Below, one piece after another: positions 28,621 through 37,484 of a DNA stretch of 37,484 bases. Each line of letters opens with the position of its first letter. Positions within the stretch are counted from its first letter, which is position 1. The translations under genes were made by a program, and so were the position numbers. The DNA lies in the sequence record SRR2962707_4969. The stretch is one strand, 5' to 3'. Below the pieces are notes generated by a model. That model did not search any database, was not told where the DNA came from, and worked only from the letters and a program-made list of their open reading frames with translations.

Positions 28621-29765
28621 ACATCGACCTTGTTTAGAGAATAAATTCTTAGAAGTCTTTTATACTGATCGGTATATTTTTTCGACATCATACTCGCTGA
28701 AAAATTATCAACGACTTTGTTGTATCCAAAATTAAGACCGTCACTCAAGTTATCAATATTTACTAACACAGAGGACACTGAGTCTACAATTTCTCTGTAA
28801 TCATCAATATTTTTTAAAAGAACACCTACTCCTCCTTCAAGAAGAACAGGTATTTCACCAACTGGCGATGCAACAACTGGAACTTTTAGAGAAAGCGCTT
28901 CCAATAAGGTAATGGGCAACCCTTCACTTAGCGAAGGCATCACAAGTATTGACGATTTAGCCATTAATGCTGGTATATTTTCAACGTAGCCTAAAAAAAA
29001 CACATCATCTGATAATCCAAGCTCTATTGCCATACTCTCTAATCGTGCTCTTTCGGGCCCATCACCTGCTAGTACAAGCCCAGCTGTACTAAAATTTTCT
29101 TTAATTTTAGCAAATGCCATCAAAAGGTTGCCGAAACCCTTCTCAGGTGACAGCCTTCCGACTCCAATGATCAATGGCTCATGTGATTTAAAGAAAACTT
29201 TTGTTTTAGGAACCAAATCAGACTTGGCCATCTCCTTAACACGCTCAATATCTAAACCGTTTCGAATAGATACTACATTTTTTTTAGAAAGCACAAAATC
29301 GGGCAACTCATGCCTCATTGCTTCACCCACTAGCACTAAGGAATCAATTCTAAGTGCAGACAATCTATCTAGTTTTTCGTAAAGCCAAAGTTTTGTAAAC
29401 CTTGGTGCATGCAAATAGCCATGAAAAGTTGAAATCAAAGGAACGTTTCTTTTGTGCCAGAACAAGCCCATCAGCACATTGAATTTGAAACCATGTGAAT
29501 GAAATAATTCGATACCAATTTCAGCCGCCCATGATCTGATTTCTTTAGCTGCCTTCAGATTAAGACCTGGACGCATTCGCCAAACCTTCAATGGCAGGTT
29601 TAGACGCATCGCTTCAAGCTCAATCGGCTTACTGTCGATACCAATTTCTCCAGCACTCAGGATAATCGGATCAAGCCCCGCATCTAGCTGTTCTTTCACA
29701 AGTGCGAGCAACATTCTTTCTGCGCCATATAGCCCCCCGCTGTCGATAAGATGAAGTACCTTCAA
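28617..29765 (-). CDS. GT4 glycosyltransferase (TTG start)
   Basis: GGLYGAE, HSHG, GRLSPEKG, SLSEGLPITLLEAL. Confidence 0.9.
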   Translation of the reverse strand: MKVLHLIDSGGLYGAERMLLALVKEQLDAGLDPIILSAGEIGIDSKPIELEAMRLNLPLKVWRMRPGLNLKAAKEIRSWAAEIGIELFHSHGFKFNVLMGLFWHKRNVPLISTFHGYLHAPRFTKLWLYEKLDRLSALRIDSLVLVGEAMRHELPDFVLSKKNVVSIRNGLDIERVKEMAKSDLVPKTKVFFKSHEPLIIGVGRLSPEKGFGNLLMAFAKIKENFSTAGLVLAGDGPERARLESMAIELGLSDDVFFLGYVENIPALMAKSSILVMPSLSEGLPITLLEALSLKVPVVASPVGEIPVLLEGGVGVLLKNIDDYREIVDSVSSVLVNIDNLSDGLNFGYNKVVDNFSASMMSKKYTDQYKRLLRIYSLNKVDV

Positions 29766-30904
29766 CTCAAACGCTCCTTAGCCTTCATGCTATCCCTACA
29801 TGGCGAATTCTCTGCCTTAGATGAGTTACTAATCCTTGGACCGGTAACCTCATAGCGGTGCTTTAATCGCAGGAATCGTTTTTCGAGAAAATGGTAAGAC
29901 GCTGAGGCAAGCACACCACTGAGAATCACGCCAGCCAGGAGCTGTAACCACTCGGGGAGAAAATTCAGTTTGTCGCCGGCCTGAAGGCCCCATACATGCC
30001 AAAGATAGATCGGGTAGGATATAACTCCGAGATAGACCGACACAGGGTGGTTCAACCAGCCCCAGAAAGCCCCTGAGCTGAGCCTGATCAATTGCAACAA
30101 TAAAATCGCGAGCAACAACGCATCAACCGTAAACGCCGGGCCGTAGGCATAATCGCCGCTGCCGTACTCTTTTGACAGGAACAACAGGCCCAAGGGGATA
30201 AAAGGCATCCAGAACCGGCTGCTGATGCTATTGAACACAGACAGCCAACGCGGCTTTTGCGCCAGAAACGCCAAAAGGCATCCCAGAGCCAGATTATCAA
30301 AACGCGTATCGAACGCGTTGTAGGCGTAGGATGGTCCGTAGTCCAGGTAGGTATAGGAATAGGAGCGCCAGGCCAATACAACCAAACTGGCAATAATCAG
30401 GAAGGCAACCGCGTACTCCCGGCCGCGCCTCATCAGAAATACGAAAAGCATCGGCCAGATCAGATAGAACTGCTCTTCAATGGCCAGAGACCAAACGTGC
30501 GCAATGGACGACGACGAATGTCCCGCCAGCGCGTTGTGGTAGTTCATAAAATAGAACAGACCGGGGACTATGGCTTCTTTGATGTCGTCATTACCGCGGA
30601 ACAAATCCCACGAAATCGATACCAGCAAGAAGGCGTAGTAAGCCGGGAAGATGCGAAGAGACCGTCGCATGTAAAACTTTCTGAAGGAAACGGTTCCTGT
30701 TTTTGCATGTTCCTTTAGCAGGAGCCAGGTAATCAAAAACCCACTCAGAACGAAGAAGCCAGCCACGCCATGGCGTGCCGAAAAGAACAGCGTGCCTACC
30801 CCTGAGTGAGCCAGCACCACGGCCATCACGGCAACCATTCGAAATCCATCAAGCCCGGGGAGCTTTTTCTCCTCCAGCAAGGCTTCCAGGTTGGGCAACG
30901 CCAT
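29762..30904 (-). CDS. Acyltransferase family 3 (OafA-like O-acetyltransferase)
   Basis: LDGFR.VAV..V..H, FFVLSGFLI, RRSLRIFP, WSLAIEEQFY, SYPIYLWH. Confidence 0.9.
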   Translation of the reverse strand: MALPNLEALLEEKKLPGLDGFRMVAVMAVVLAHSGVGTLFFSARHGVAGFFVLSGFLITWLLLKEHAKTGTVSFRKFYMRRSLRIFPAYYAFLLVSISWDLFRGNDDIKEAIVPGLFYFMNYHNALAGHSSSSIAHVWSLAIEEQFYLIWPMLFVFLMRRGREYAVAFLIIASLVVLAWRSYSYTYLDYGPSYAYNAFDTRFDNLALGCLLAFLAQKPRWLSVFNSISSRFWMPFIPLGLLFLSKEYGSGDYAYGPAFTVDALLLAILLLQLIRLSSGAFWGWLNHPVSVYLGVISYPIYLWHVWGLQAGDKLNFLPEWLQLLAGVILSGVLASASYHFLEKRFLRLKHRYEVTGPRISNSSKAENSPCRDSMKAKERLS

Positions 30905-32061
30905 TATCCCTTCCTTGGGTTCCAGACAACCTTCTTTTCGCCCTTGGCGAAGGCGACAAATGCCTTAAAGGACGCAAGGTTTAACAACACGAAGTAGTAA
31001 GGCAGGGCATACACGGTAGAAAGCGATTGCCCCCGGCTCTCTTTTTGATAGCCCGCCCACGCGAAGTAAAGAAACAGGCCGTACCCTATCGCGGCTAACG
31101 CATACAACCCTTTCACCGGCGCCAGGTAAAGGGCAGCAATCGCAAGGGTTATCATCGGTGCAAAGGCCGCGTAACGCAGCAGCTTGTGGGAGATAAGCTG
31201 CCAGGCAAACACTGGATCGTTGGCCGGGCTCATGAGCTGTTTCATGTCTTTGAGCGCCCACAGTGCACGGAGGCTTACCCGCACCCGCATGCTGAATTCA
31301 CTGCCCCCATCGCTTAACGCTTCTTCCTTGAGCAGCGCCCCAGGTTCATAAACAACGCGGTACCCCTGCTCAACCACTTTGAGTGGCTGAACAAAATCCG
31401 GCAACTGATCGGCATTCAGCTCGGAATGCAGTTCTTTACGCATGGCGTCAATGCCACCGTCAACGCCCACCACAGAGCCTACCAGAGTCTCCTGCGCCCT
31501 GAGCCAGTTCTCATACTTCATGTAAGCGCTGCAGCCGTCGCCAATCAGGGCGCCCTCCGGGTTCACGTAGACCATTTTTCCGGTTACGTATCCCACCGCT
31601 GGGTCGTTGAAGTTACTCACCAGTGCTTTAAGGGCTTGTTGATCCCATTCGGAGTTGGCATCCGAAAACGCCAGGATATCCCCCTCGGCATGCTGTTTGA
31701 GCATGTTGAGCCCTGCGGTTTTACCCTGACGGGGTACCTGACGAAACAGTTTGACCGGGAAAGGCGCATCCGCAGCAACCGCCTGGACAATCTCGTCGGT
31801 TCCGTCCTCTGACTCATCGGAAACCACCAGGATTTCCAATTGCTCCCTGGGATAGTCCAACGCCAGCTTGTTCCTGAGCGTAGCCTCAATATCTTTAGCC
31901 TCGTTGTAGGCAGCGATAAGAATCGAGACTTTCGGCTGGTAAGCGCCGCTCTTGTTTACGTGCAAGGGGCGTGCGGATGCCAGCAGTCTGATACAGACGG
32001 GATAGCCGAAGTAGATGTAAGCCAACAACAGGAAAGATATCCAGAAAACTGCGACCATCAT
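30904..32061 (-). CDS. Membrane-anchored GT2 glycosyltransferase
   Basis: N-terminal TM, ILIAAYNE, GKTAGLN, FSDAN, C-terminal TMs. Confidence 0.88.
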   Translation of the reverse strand: MMVAVFWISFLLLAYIYFGYPVCIRLLASARPLHVNKSGAYQPKVSILIAAYNEAKDIEATLRNKLALDYPREQLEILVVSDESEDGTDEIVQAVAADAPFPVKLFRQVPRQGKTAGLNMLKQHAEGDILAFSDANSEWDQQALKALVSNFNDPAVGYVTGKMVYVNPEGALIGDGCSAYMKYENWLRAQETLVGSVVGVDGGIDAMRKELHSELNADQLPDFVQPLKVVEQGYRVVYEPGALLKEEALSDGGSEFSMRVRVSLRALWALKDMKQLMSPANDPVFAWQLISHKLLRYAAFAPMITLAIAALYLAPVKGLYALAAIGYGLFLYFAWAGYQKESRGQSLSTVYALPYYFVLLNLASFKAFVAFAKGEKKVVWNPRKG

Positions 32062-32963
32062 GCCATCCCTGCCACAGAACGAGAGCCTAGAGTGTTCGAT
32101 GAGGGCTCAAGAACCCCTTCGCTTTCCAGAACCTGGCTCATGGTGGTAAACCGGAAATCAGACAACAATCTGGCCAATCTCTGTTCACACACATCGAGAT
32201 TGTTGTAATGGCGGAAGCGGGAGAACCACTTTACATCCAGACGCGGCTGGTCCGGATCTACTTCCCAGGGGTGAAGGTAGAACACAAAAGGCCGTCCCTG
32301 CCGATTAATGGAGCCCAGTCCGTATCGACTGAACCAGTACGGGAAAAGCCGGAAATATCCACCACCAGCAATTGGAAGGGTGTAACCCGGCAACTTGAAC
32401 GTGCTTAGCGGGAACTCCGCCAGCTCATATCCTTTATCGGTGGTCAGTCGATGGGGCCAGCGTGGCGTGCCGGGCATGCCATAGCGGTCGTGATGCACTG
32501 GAAAGATGGACGAATCCCAGGTAAACCCCTGCTCGGCAAGGATATCCAGCGCCCAACGCGATTGATTGGTAATGGAGTAGCTGGCCGCGCGATACCCTGT
32601 TACTGGCGCACCGAGAATGTCCTCAAGAATCACCTTCGATCGCCGGGTTTCTTCTTTGAAAACGTCCGGCGTCTGGTTATAGATCAGTTGATGACTGTAA
32701 CCATGGCTGGCAACTTCATGGCCTTGAGCTGCAATCCGTTTCACCAGCTCTGGAGATCGCTCAGCGACCCACCCAAGGGTAAAAAAGGTCGCTTTTACAC
32801 CTGCCCTCTCGAATAACGCGAGAATGCGATCTGTATTCGCTTCAACCCGATACTCCATGGAGGACCAGTCGTCGTAGCGAACAGCCTCTGCCAACGCAGC
32901 TACCTGAAAGTAGTCTTCCACATCAATTGTCAGGGCGTTCTGTATCGGTTCTTTCATGGCCAT
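32058..32963 (-). CDS. XrtA/PEP-CTERM-system polysaccharide deacetylase
   Basis: NALTIDVEDYFQV, SHGYSH, GYRAASYS, GGGYFRL, FYLHPWE; start at 32963 or 32957, since 33029 overlaps the upstream gene. Confidence 0.88.
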   Translation of the reverse strand: MAMKEPIQNALTIDVEDYFQVAALAEAVRYDDWSSMEYRVEANTDRILALFERAGVKATFFTLGWVAERSPELVKRIAAQGHEVASHGYSHQLIYNQTPDVFKEETRRSKVILEDILGAPVTGYRAASYSITNQSRWALDILAEQGFTWDSSIFPVHHDRYGMPGTPRWPHRLTTDKGYELAEFPLSTFKLPGYTLPIAGGGYFRLFPYWFSRYGLGSINRQGRPFVFYLHPWEVDPDQPRLDVKWFSRFRHYNNLDVCEQRLARLLSDFRFTTMSQVLESEGVLEPSSNTLGSRSVAGMA

Positions 32964-32985
32964 AGCCTCACACTTCCTGTGTTGA

Positions 32986-34272
32986 TCAGCGCAGTCGGTA
33001 TTCCAGACCAACCAACACCCAGTTCTCATCGTACTCCCGGCTGGAAATATCGCTGGACTTGGTGTCGTGCCCTACCCTGGCCAACAAACTCAAATCCCTG
33101 GTTGCCTGGTGCTCAGCCCCGATCACAAGCCGGGCAACTTCGTCCTGGGTGTCGTCGCGTTCATAACTCAGGTGGTCGAAGCCCAGCGCCAGGTATCCGG
33201 TGGTCAGTTCCGAAAACTGGCGAGAATAGCGGGCATTAATGCCGGCTTTGTCTTCTTTCTCGTCGCTTTCCAGGTAATCCGAGCGATAAGCATAGAGGTC
33301 AAGATTCAGTGAGGAGGCGTCGGAAAACTGCTTGTTGATGCCGGTCGACAAAACGCTGTTTTCAACGGTGATGCTTTCGCGGAGGTTGAACTCGAACTCT
33401 CCGAAACGAAGGTCAAGCGTGGACGTGCGGTCTGTCAGCTCCCTTGAGGCATTCAGGTACCATTCGGTACTCGGATTGATTTGCCGGGTAAGGTTTATCT
33501 GGCCTACCAGCCCATCGCTCGACTGGTTGGTATTGGCGTAATCCGTTTCGATTTCACTCACGCCAACAGAACCGGAAAGAGACGTGGTCGCCCAACGGTT
33601 CTCGAAGGTAACCTGGGCACTATTCACATCCACTTCTGCGCCATAGTCAAACTCGGTTTGACTGTGGGAAACACTCAGGCCCCCGGTGAATGTTGAACTG
33701 AACAGATGATTCCAGGCGATAGAACCGGTATAGCGCTCACTGTCCGTTTCCTCGGGCTCGTCGTACTCGGTGTTGGCGTAGCGGGCAGAAAGATCAAGCC
33801 AGTTGGTGTCATTCAGACGCCAGAGGTATCTGGGGCCAGTGCTGAACACGTTTTTTCGGGTTCGGTTGTCCGGTGTGTTGCTCTGGCGAGTGTCCTGATT
33901 CACTTCCCTCAGGTTGTTGTCCACTTCCCAATAAAGCTGGTTGGCAAGCTCACAATCGCCCTGGAAGTCCATTTCAGCGAAGCTCTCGCTGTCAAAGCTT
34001 TCGTCCTGCCACCAGGAATAGCCCAGGGTGCCGAGGAAATCAGCATTGCAGCGCCCGGGATCTGTCTGGTAACCGGCGGTAAGGTAGGCACGGGTCTCGA
34101 AATCGCTGTCTTCATTCGTATCTGCTTTGCGGGCATTGTCGGTGAAGCGGCTGTCCAGCCCAAACGTGACCTCACTTTGCGCAAACACGGGAAACGAGCA
34201 GGCACCAGCCAGTAACATTACTGGTATTGCCTTTACTGCAACGGGTGTCCCTACCCTCTGCTGATCAGCCAT
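32986..34272 (-). CDS. Outer-membrane beta-barrel protein of the EPS export system
   Basis: Signal peptide ending VFA/Q, alternating amphipathic strands, C-terminal WVLVGLEYRLR; next to Wzc/Wza genes. Confidence 0.75.
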   Translation of the reverse strand: MADQQRVGTPVAVKAIPVMLLAGACSFPVFAQSEVTFGLDSRFTDNARKADTNEDSDFETRAYLTAGYQTDPGRCNADFLGTLGYSWWQDESFDSESFAEMDFQGDCELANQLYWEVDNNLREVNQDTRQSNTPDNRTRKNVFSTGPRYLWRLNDTNWLDLSARYANTEYDEPEETDSERYTGSIAWNHLFSSTFTGGLSVSHSQTEFDYGAEVDVNSAQVTFENRWATTSLSGSVGVSEIETDYANTNQSSDGLVGQINLTRQINPSTEWYLNASRELTDRTSTLDLRFGEFEFNLRESITVENSVLSTGINKQFSDASSLNLDLYAYRSDYLESDEKEDKAGINARYSRQFSELTTGYLALGFDHLSYERDDTQDEVARLVIGAEHQATRDLSLLARVGHDTKSSDISSREYDENWVLVGLEYRLR

Positions 34273-35170
34273 TGATCACCGCTCCTACAAACTTGTCCGG
34301 ATTGAAAGCCGTCGCAGCTTGTTCGGCCGTCGCCGCAGTGATTTTGCCGTGAGGTACCACCAGCATGGCGTAATCGCAGAGTTCGGTCAGAATGCGGGCA
34401 TCCGGAGATTCGGATATCGGCGCCGTGTCCAGCACGATGAAACGGTCCGGATAGCGACGACGGATTGCCTGCAGGAATTGCTTCATCCGGAAGGAGGTAA
34501 AAAACTCGGCCGGTGTTTCACGGCGACTGCCTGCCGGAATCAGCCTCAGCCTGGGAATACCGGTCGGATAGAGAATTCTGGAAATGTCGTAGTCCGGGTC
34601 ATCCAGAAAGTCGGTCAGGCCTGTCTCGGGCATCACATCCAACGTGGAGTGCAAAGACGGCTCGCGCAGGTTGCAGTCGATGATCAAAGCCGTCTTGGCC
34701 TGATCAAAGGCAAAGGCTGCGGCAAGATTCAGGGCTACAAACGAGGAACCGGCGCCAGAGCTGGCACCGCTCACGACCAGCGTGAAGTTATTGCCTCCGG
34801 AAACCTCCAGCAGCTTGGTTCTCAGATCCCGGAAGCGGTTGACCAGCGCGCGGTTGCGGGACTCGGGATAGATAATCCGACGCTCGTCGAGGTCGTCGTG
34901 CGTGAGCCTTCTGGGCTCCTGCATACGCACGATCTGCTTACTGATAACGTATTTATCAACCGCGCCGGGGCCCAGTTCCAGAGAACTTGGCACCAGCATG
35001 CGAGAGTCTTCGTCATCCCGGAAATCCAGCTCTTGTTTCAAACGCTCCTTGCGCTTCAGCCAAAAGGAATGCTCTTCACTGCCCGCCGGGCTGCTGCCGG
35101 TTGTCTCATTGCCAGAATTCTGGGAACCCTCGGGATCAAATCCGGACCGATCATTTCGTTGTTCTGGCAT
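34265..35170 (-). CDS. Stand-alone BY-kinase (CpsD/CapB) homologue with a degenerate Walker A
   Basis: FRDLRTKL, VVSGASSGAGSSFVALNLA, LIIDCNLREP, GLTDFL, IVLDTAP. Confidence 0.85.
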   Translation of the reverse strand: MPEQRNDRSGFDPEGSQNSGNETTGSSPAGSEEHSFWLKRKERLKQELDFRDDEDSRMLVPSSLELGPGAVDKYVISKQIVRMQEPRRLTHDDLDERRIIYPESRNRALVNRFRDLRTKLLEVSGGNNFTLVVSGASSGAGSSFVALNLAAAFAFDQAKTALIIDCNLREPSLHSTLDVMPETGLTDFLDDPDYDISRILYPTGIPRLRLIPAGSRRETPAEFFTSFRMKQFLQAIRRRYPDRFIVLDTAPISESPDARILTELCDYAMLVVPHGKITAATAEQAATAFNPDKFVGAVING

Positions 35171-36687
35171 CAGATCACTCCCATTTGAGCTAGCACAACG
35201 ATGGTCACATACACTGTTACCGTGAGCACCGCGAAAATTCCGATCAGTAACGTAACCTTTCGATCCCGTCGCTTTTCGTAGGGTGTTCGTACCTCCGGAA
35301 TCTCAACAAGAACCGGCAAACCAATGTCTTCTTCAAGCTGCTTCCTGGCACGAATTCGGGGATCTACCTGTAGTAGACCCGCAACCGCTCCAAAGGGTGC
35401 CGCCAGCCCCAGGAACAACCCAGCCGCAGCAAACATGGAGAACTGGGGACCGGAGGGTGTGCGCGGGAACTGAGCGGTTTCATTGATGCGGTAGTTGAGC
35501 CCCTGCCCTTCAATGTCGAGATGCATGGAGACCCGCGCTTTTTCCCGGCGTTTGAGCAGGTCATCGTAAATCTCACGGTTCACTTCCATGTCGCGGGTGA
35601 GCTCGGAGTACTGGGCCTTGTTGGCCTGGATGCGTTCCATGCGCTTTGCTTGCTGTTCCAGCAGACGGGAGAGCGAAGTAATTCTTGTATCCACGGTGGC
35701 CATATCCGCCCGCGTGGTAGAGAGGTTTGCCCGCAGATCCTGGTAGAGCGGGTTAACAGCTTCTTCGCCCTCAAGTGAACTCACGTCCGTCGGCCGTTCT
35801 GCCGCCTGATCTCGTTGTTTGCGCAGTTCCGCCAGCTGTTCCCGGAGTATCACGATATCCGGGTAGGTATCGTGGTATTGCAGCCGCAGACTATCCAGGC
35901 GCTCTTCCAGGATCCGGATCCGCTCTCTGTAGGCATCCTCAGTTCGGCCTTGCGTGATCGTGGGCCGGATGCCTCCGAGCTGGCTCTGAAGGGAAGCCGC
36001 ACGGGTTTCAAGTTCTTTTTTCTCGAGTTCGGCCAGTTCCAGCTGATTACGAAGCTGCGCCATGCGGGCATTGGCTTCCTGCTCCGTTCCATCGGTGTTT
36101 TCAGAGAGGAACTCCTTGAGCCGGTTCTCAGCCTGGGCCAGTTGCTGCTCGTAGCTTTTGACCTGTTTGTCGATGAAATCGTAGGCGTTGCGGCTTTCGG
36201 CCCGCTTACGGTCTTTGGTTTCTTCTATAAAGACCTGCCCCAGTTTCTGGGCAACGCGGAATGCTTCCATCTGGGAAGTGGACGAGAAGCCAATACTGAA
36301 ATAACTGTCGCCCCGGGGCCTGACCGACAAACCCGAGCGAATGTTCGCAATCCGGTACTCAAGTGCCGCCGGGTCAAAGGGCGCATCCGGATAAATTTCA
36401 GGATCCAAAGCCACTTTCTCGATCAGGCTCCGGCTCATCAGCAATTCTTTTGCAGCCGAGGTACGGTCGTTAATCTCCGTGGCCACGGCGCGCCCTTCCA
36501 TCAACGGCGCAATGATGTTGCGGTCGTCTACGAAGATGATGGTCTCAGACTGATACTTATAGGGCCATACAAAGCCTGCTCCAAGCACAGCAAAACTGAC
36601 AATCACAAACGCAAGAAACGCGAGGCCCTTCCGGCCCCGGACCTCGCGAATGATCTCCTGCGGTAACTGGGATAACGGTAATGCCAT
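35170..36687 (-). CDS. Polysaccharide co-polymerase/chain-length determinant (Wzc N-terminal/GumC type)
   Basis: N-terminal TM, long coiled coil, YHDTYPDIV, P.TPSGP followed by a TM, LPVLVEIP, additional C-terminal TM. Confidence 0.88.
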   Translation of the reverse strand: MALPLSQLPQEIIREVRGRKGLAFLAFVIVSFAVLGAGFVWPYKYQSETIIFVDDRNIIAPLMEGRAVATEINDRTSAAKELLMSRSLIEKVALDPEIYPDAPFDPAALEYRIANIRSGLSVRPRGDSYFSIGFSSTSQMEAFRVAQKLGQVFIEETKDRKRAESRNAYDFIDKQVKSYEQQLAQAENRLKEFLSENTDGTEQEANARMAQLRNQLELAELEKKELETRAASLQSQLGGIRPTITQGRTEDAYRERIRILEERLDSLRLQYHDTYPDIVILREQLAELRKQRDQAAERPTDVSSLEGEEAVNPLYQDLRANLSTTRADMATVDTRITSLSRLLEQQAKRMERIQANKAQYSELTRDMEVNREIYDDLLKRREKARVSMHLDIEGQGLNYRINETAQFPRTPSGPQFSMFAAAGLFLGLAAPFGAVAGLLQVDPRIRARKQLEEDIGLPVLVEIPEVRTPYEKRRDRKVTLLIGIFAVLTVTVYVTIVVLAQMGVI

Positions 36688-36726
36688 AACCTAACCCGCC
36701 TTCAGACCTTTGAGCTCTGCAACCAC

Positions 36727-37371
36727 TCAGAAACTGCGCTCTGGAATGGTAAGAATGTCACCCGGCCGCATGCCGTAGTTGGTTTCAACCCGGCCTTTGT
36801 TAAGGATGTCGTCCAGTTTTACGGGAATGGCAACCACCTCGCCCTCAAGCTTCCGATACAACATGGCGTTGTTCAGCGCGGCAAACTCATTCGCACCACC
36901 GGCATTCAGGAAGATATCCAGAACCGTCATGCCGCTCTGGTGAGGCACTGAAATGGGCTGGCGAACCGCACCGGTTACCCGCACCCGGTCTGTGAATTCA
37001 TGGCTGCCCATGGACGTCACAACCACACTCACCTGTGGCTCACGAATGTACTCAGTCAGGGACGTACGAATGGAGCTGGCCAACTCTTCGGGCGTGCGGC
37101 CACTGGCCTGAACATCCCCTACCAGCGGCACGGAAATCTTGCCGTCAGGCCGAACCGGAACGGAGATGCTGAGATCCTCGTTGCGCCACACAGAAACCCG
37201 TACGACATCGGTTGCACCCAGTATGTACTGGTCCACGCTATCCCGGGTATCAACGGCCAATGCACGCTGGATCTGTTCTGAAGAGGAAGCGGAAGGGCCG
37301 GCACAACCCGTTGCCAAAGCTACCGCCATGAGGGACACAATAAGCCCTTGGATGAGATACTTCCGTGACAT
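36727..37371 (-). CDS. wza: Short OPX/Wza polysaccharide export lipoprotein
   Basis: GAGAGGA RBS, lipobox LATG-C, PES motif VRPDGKISVPLVGDVQASG, one SLBB domain, ends PGDILTIPERSF. Confidence 0.88.
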   Translation of the reverse strand: MSRKYLIQGLIVSLMAVALATGCAGPSASSSEQIQRALAVDTRDSVDQYILGATDVVRVSVWRNEDLSISVPVRPDGKISVPLVGDVQASGRTPEELASSIRTSLTEYIREPQVSVVVTSMGSHEFTDRVRVTGAVRQPISVPHQSGMTVLDIFLNAGGANEFAALNNAMLYRKLEGEVVAIPVKLDDILNKGRVETNYGMRPGDILTIPERSF

Positions 37372-37484
37372 CTTTATTCCTCTCTTGTGAGGTCCGTGCT
37401 TTATTCCATGTTCCGGGAACAGCTGACTCCCGAAACTACCTTGATCCTTTTTTGAACAATACCACTTCTACTGTCTGAATTATA

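Noticed and set aside
34319-36666. Long + strand ORFs (289 aa and 283 aa)
   Set aside because: Antisense to clear kinase and co-polymerase genes; typical of GC-rich DNA
37425-37475. Loose JUMPStart/ops resemblance upstream of wza
   Set aside because: Core reads AAGGTAG rather than GGCGGTAG
1-37484. CRISPR arrays, tRNA/rRNA genes, IS elements, integrases
   Set aside because: None recognised by eye; the window is almost fully coding, although small ncRNAs cannot be excluded without a covariance-model search

Overview
This window holds most of a proteobacterial PEP-CTERM/exosortase-associated exopolysaccharide (EPS) locus. Gene content suggests a Marinobacter-like marine gammaproteobacterium (inference only). 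The + strand carries an SDR epimerase, the prsK-prsR-prsT module, a lipoprotein with two PA14 domains, a PEP-CTERM protein and one glycosyltransferase (GT). The PEP-CTERM gene has a readable enhancer / IHF / sigma-54 promoter and an intrinsic terminator. The - strand carries a ~26 kb Wzx/Wzy-type cluster: a short Wza/OPX, a co-polymerase, a BY-kinase homologue, an outer-membrane beta-barrel, two deacetylases, an acyltransferase-3, eight GTs, a Wzy/ligase, Wzx, AsnB, two GNATs and the exosortase. One AT-rich, oppositely oriented gene for an unknown secreted protein interrupts it. The overall system is known. The most promising less-described parts are the apparently dead BY kinase, the PA14 lectin lipoprotein, the inserted secreted protein and the AT-rich variable cassette. 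No rRNA, tRNA, CRISPR array or mobile element was recognised.
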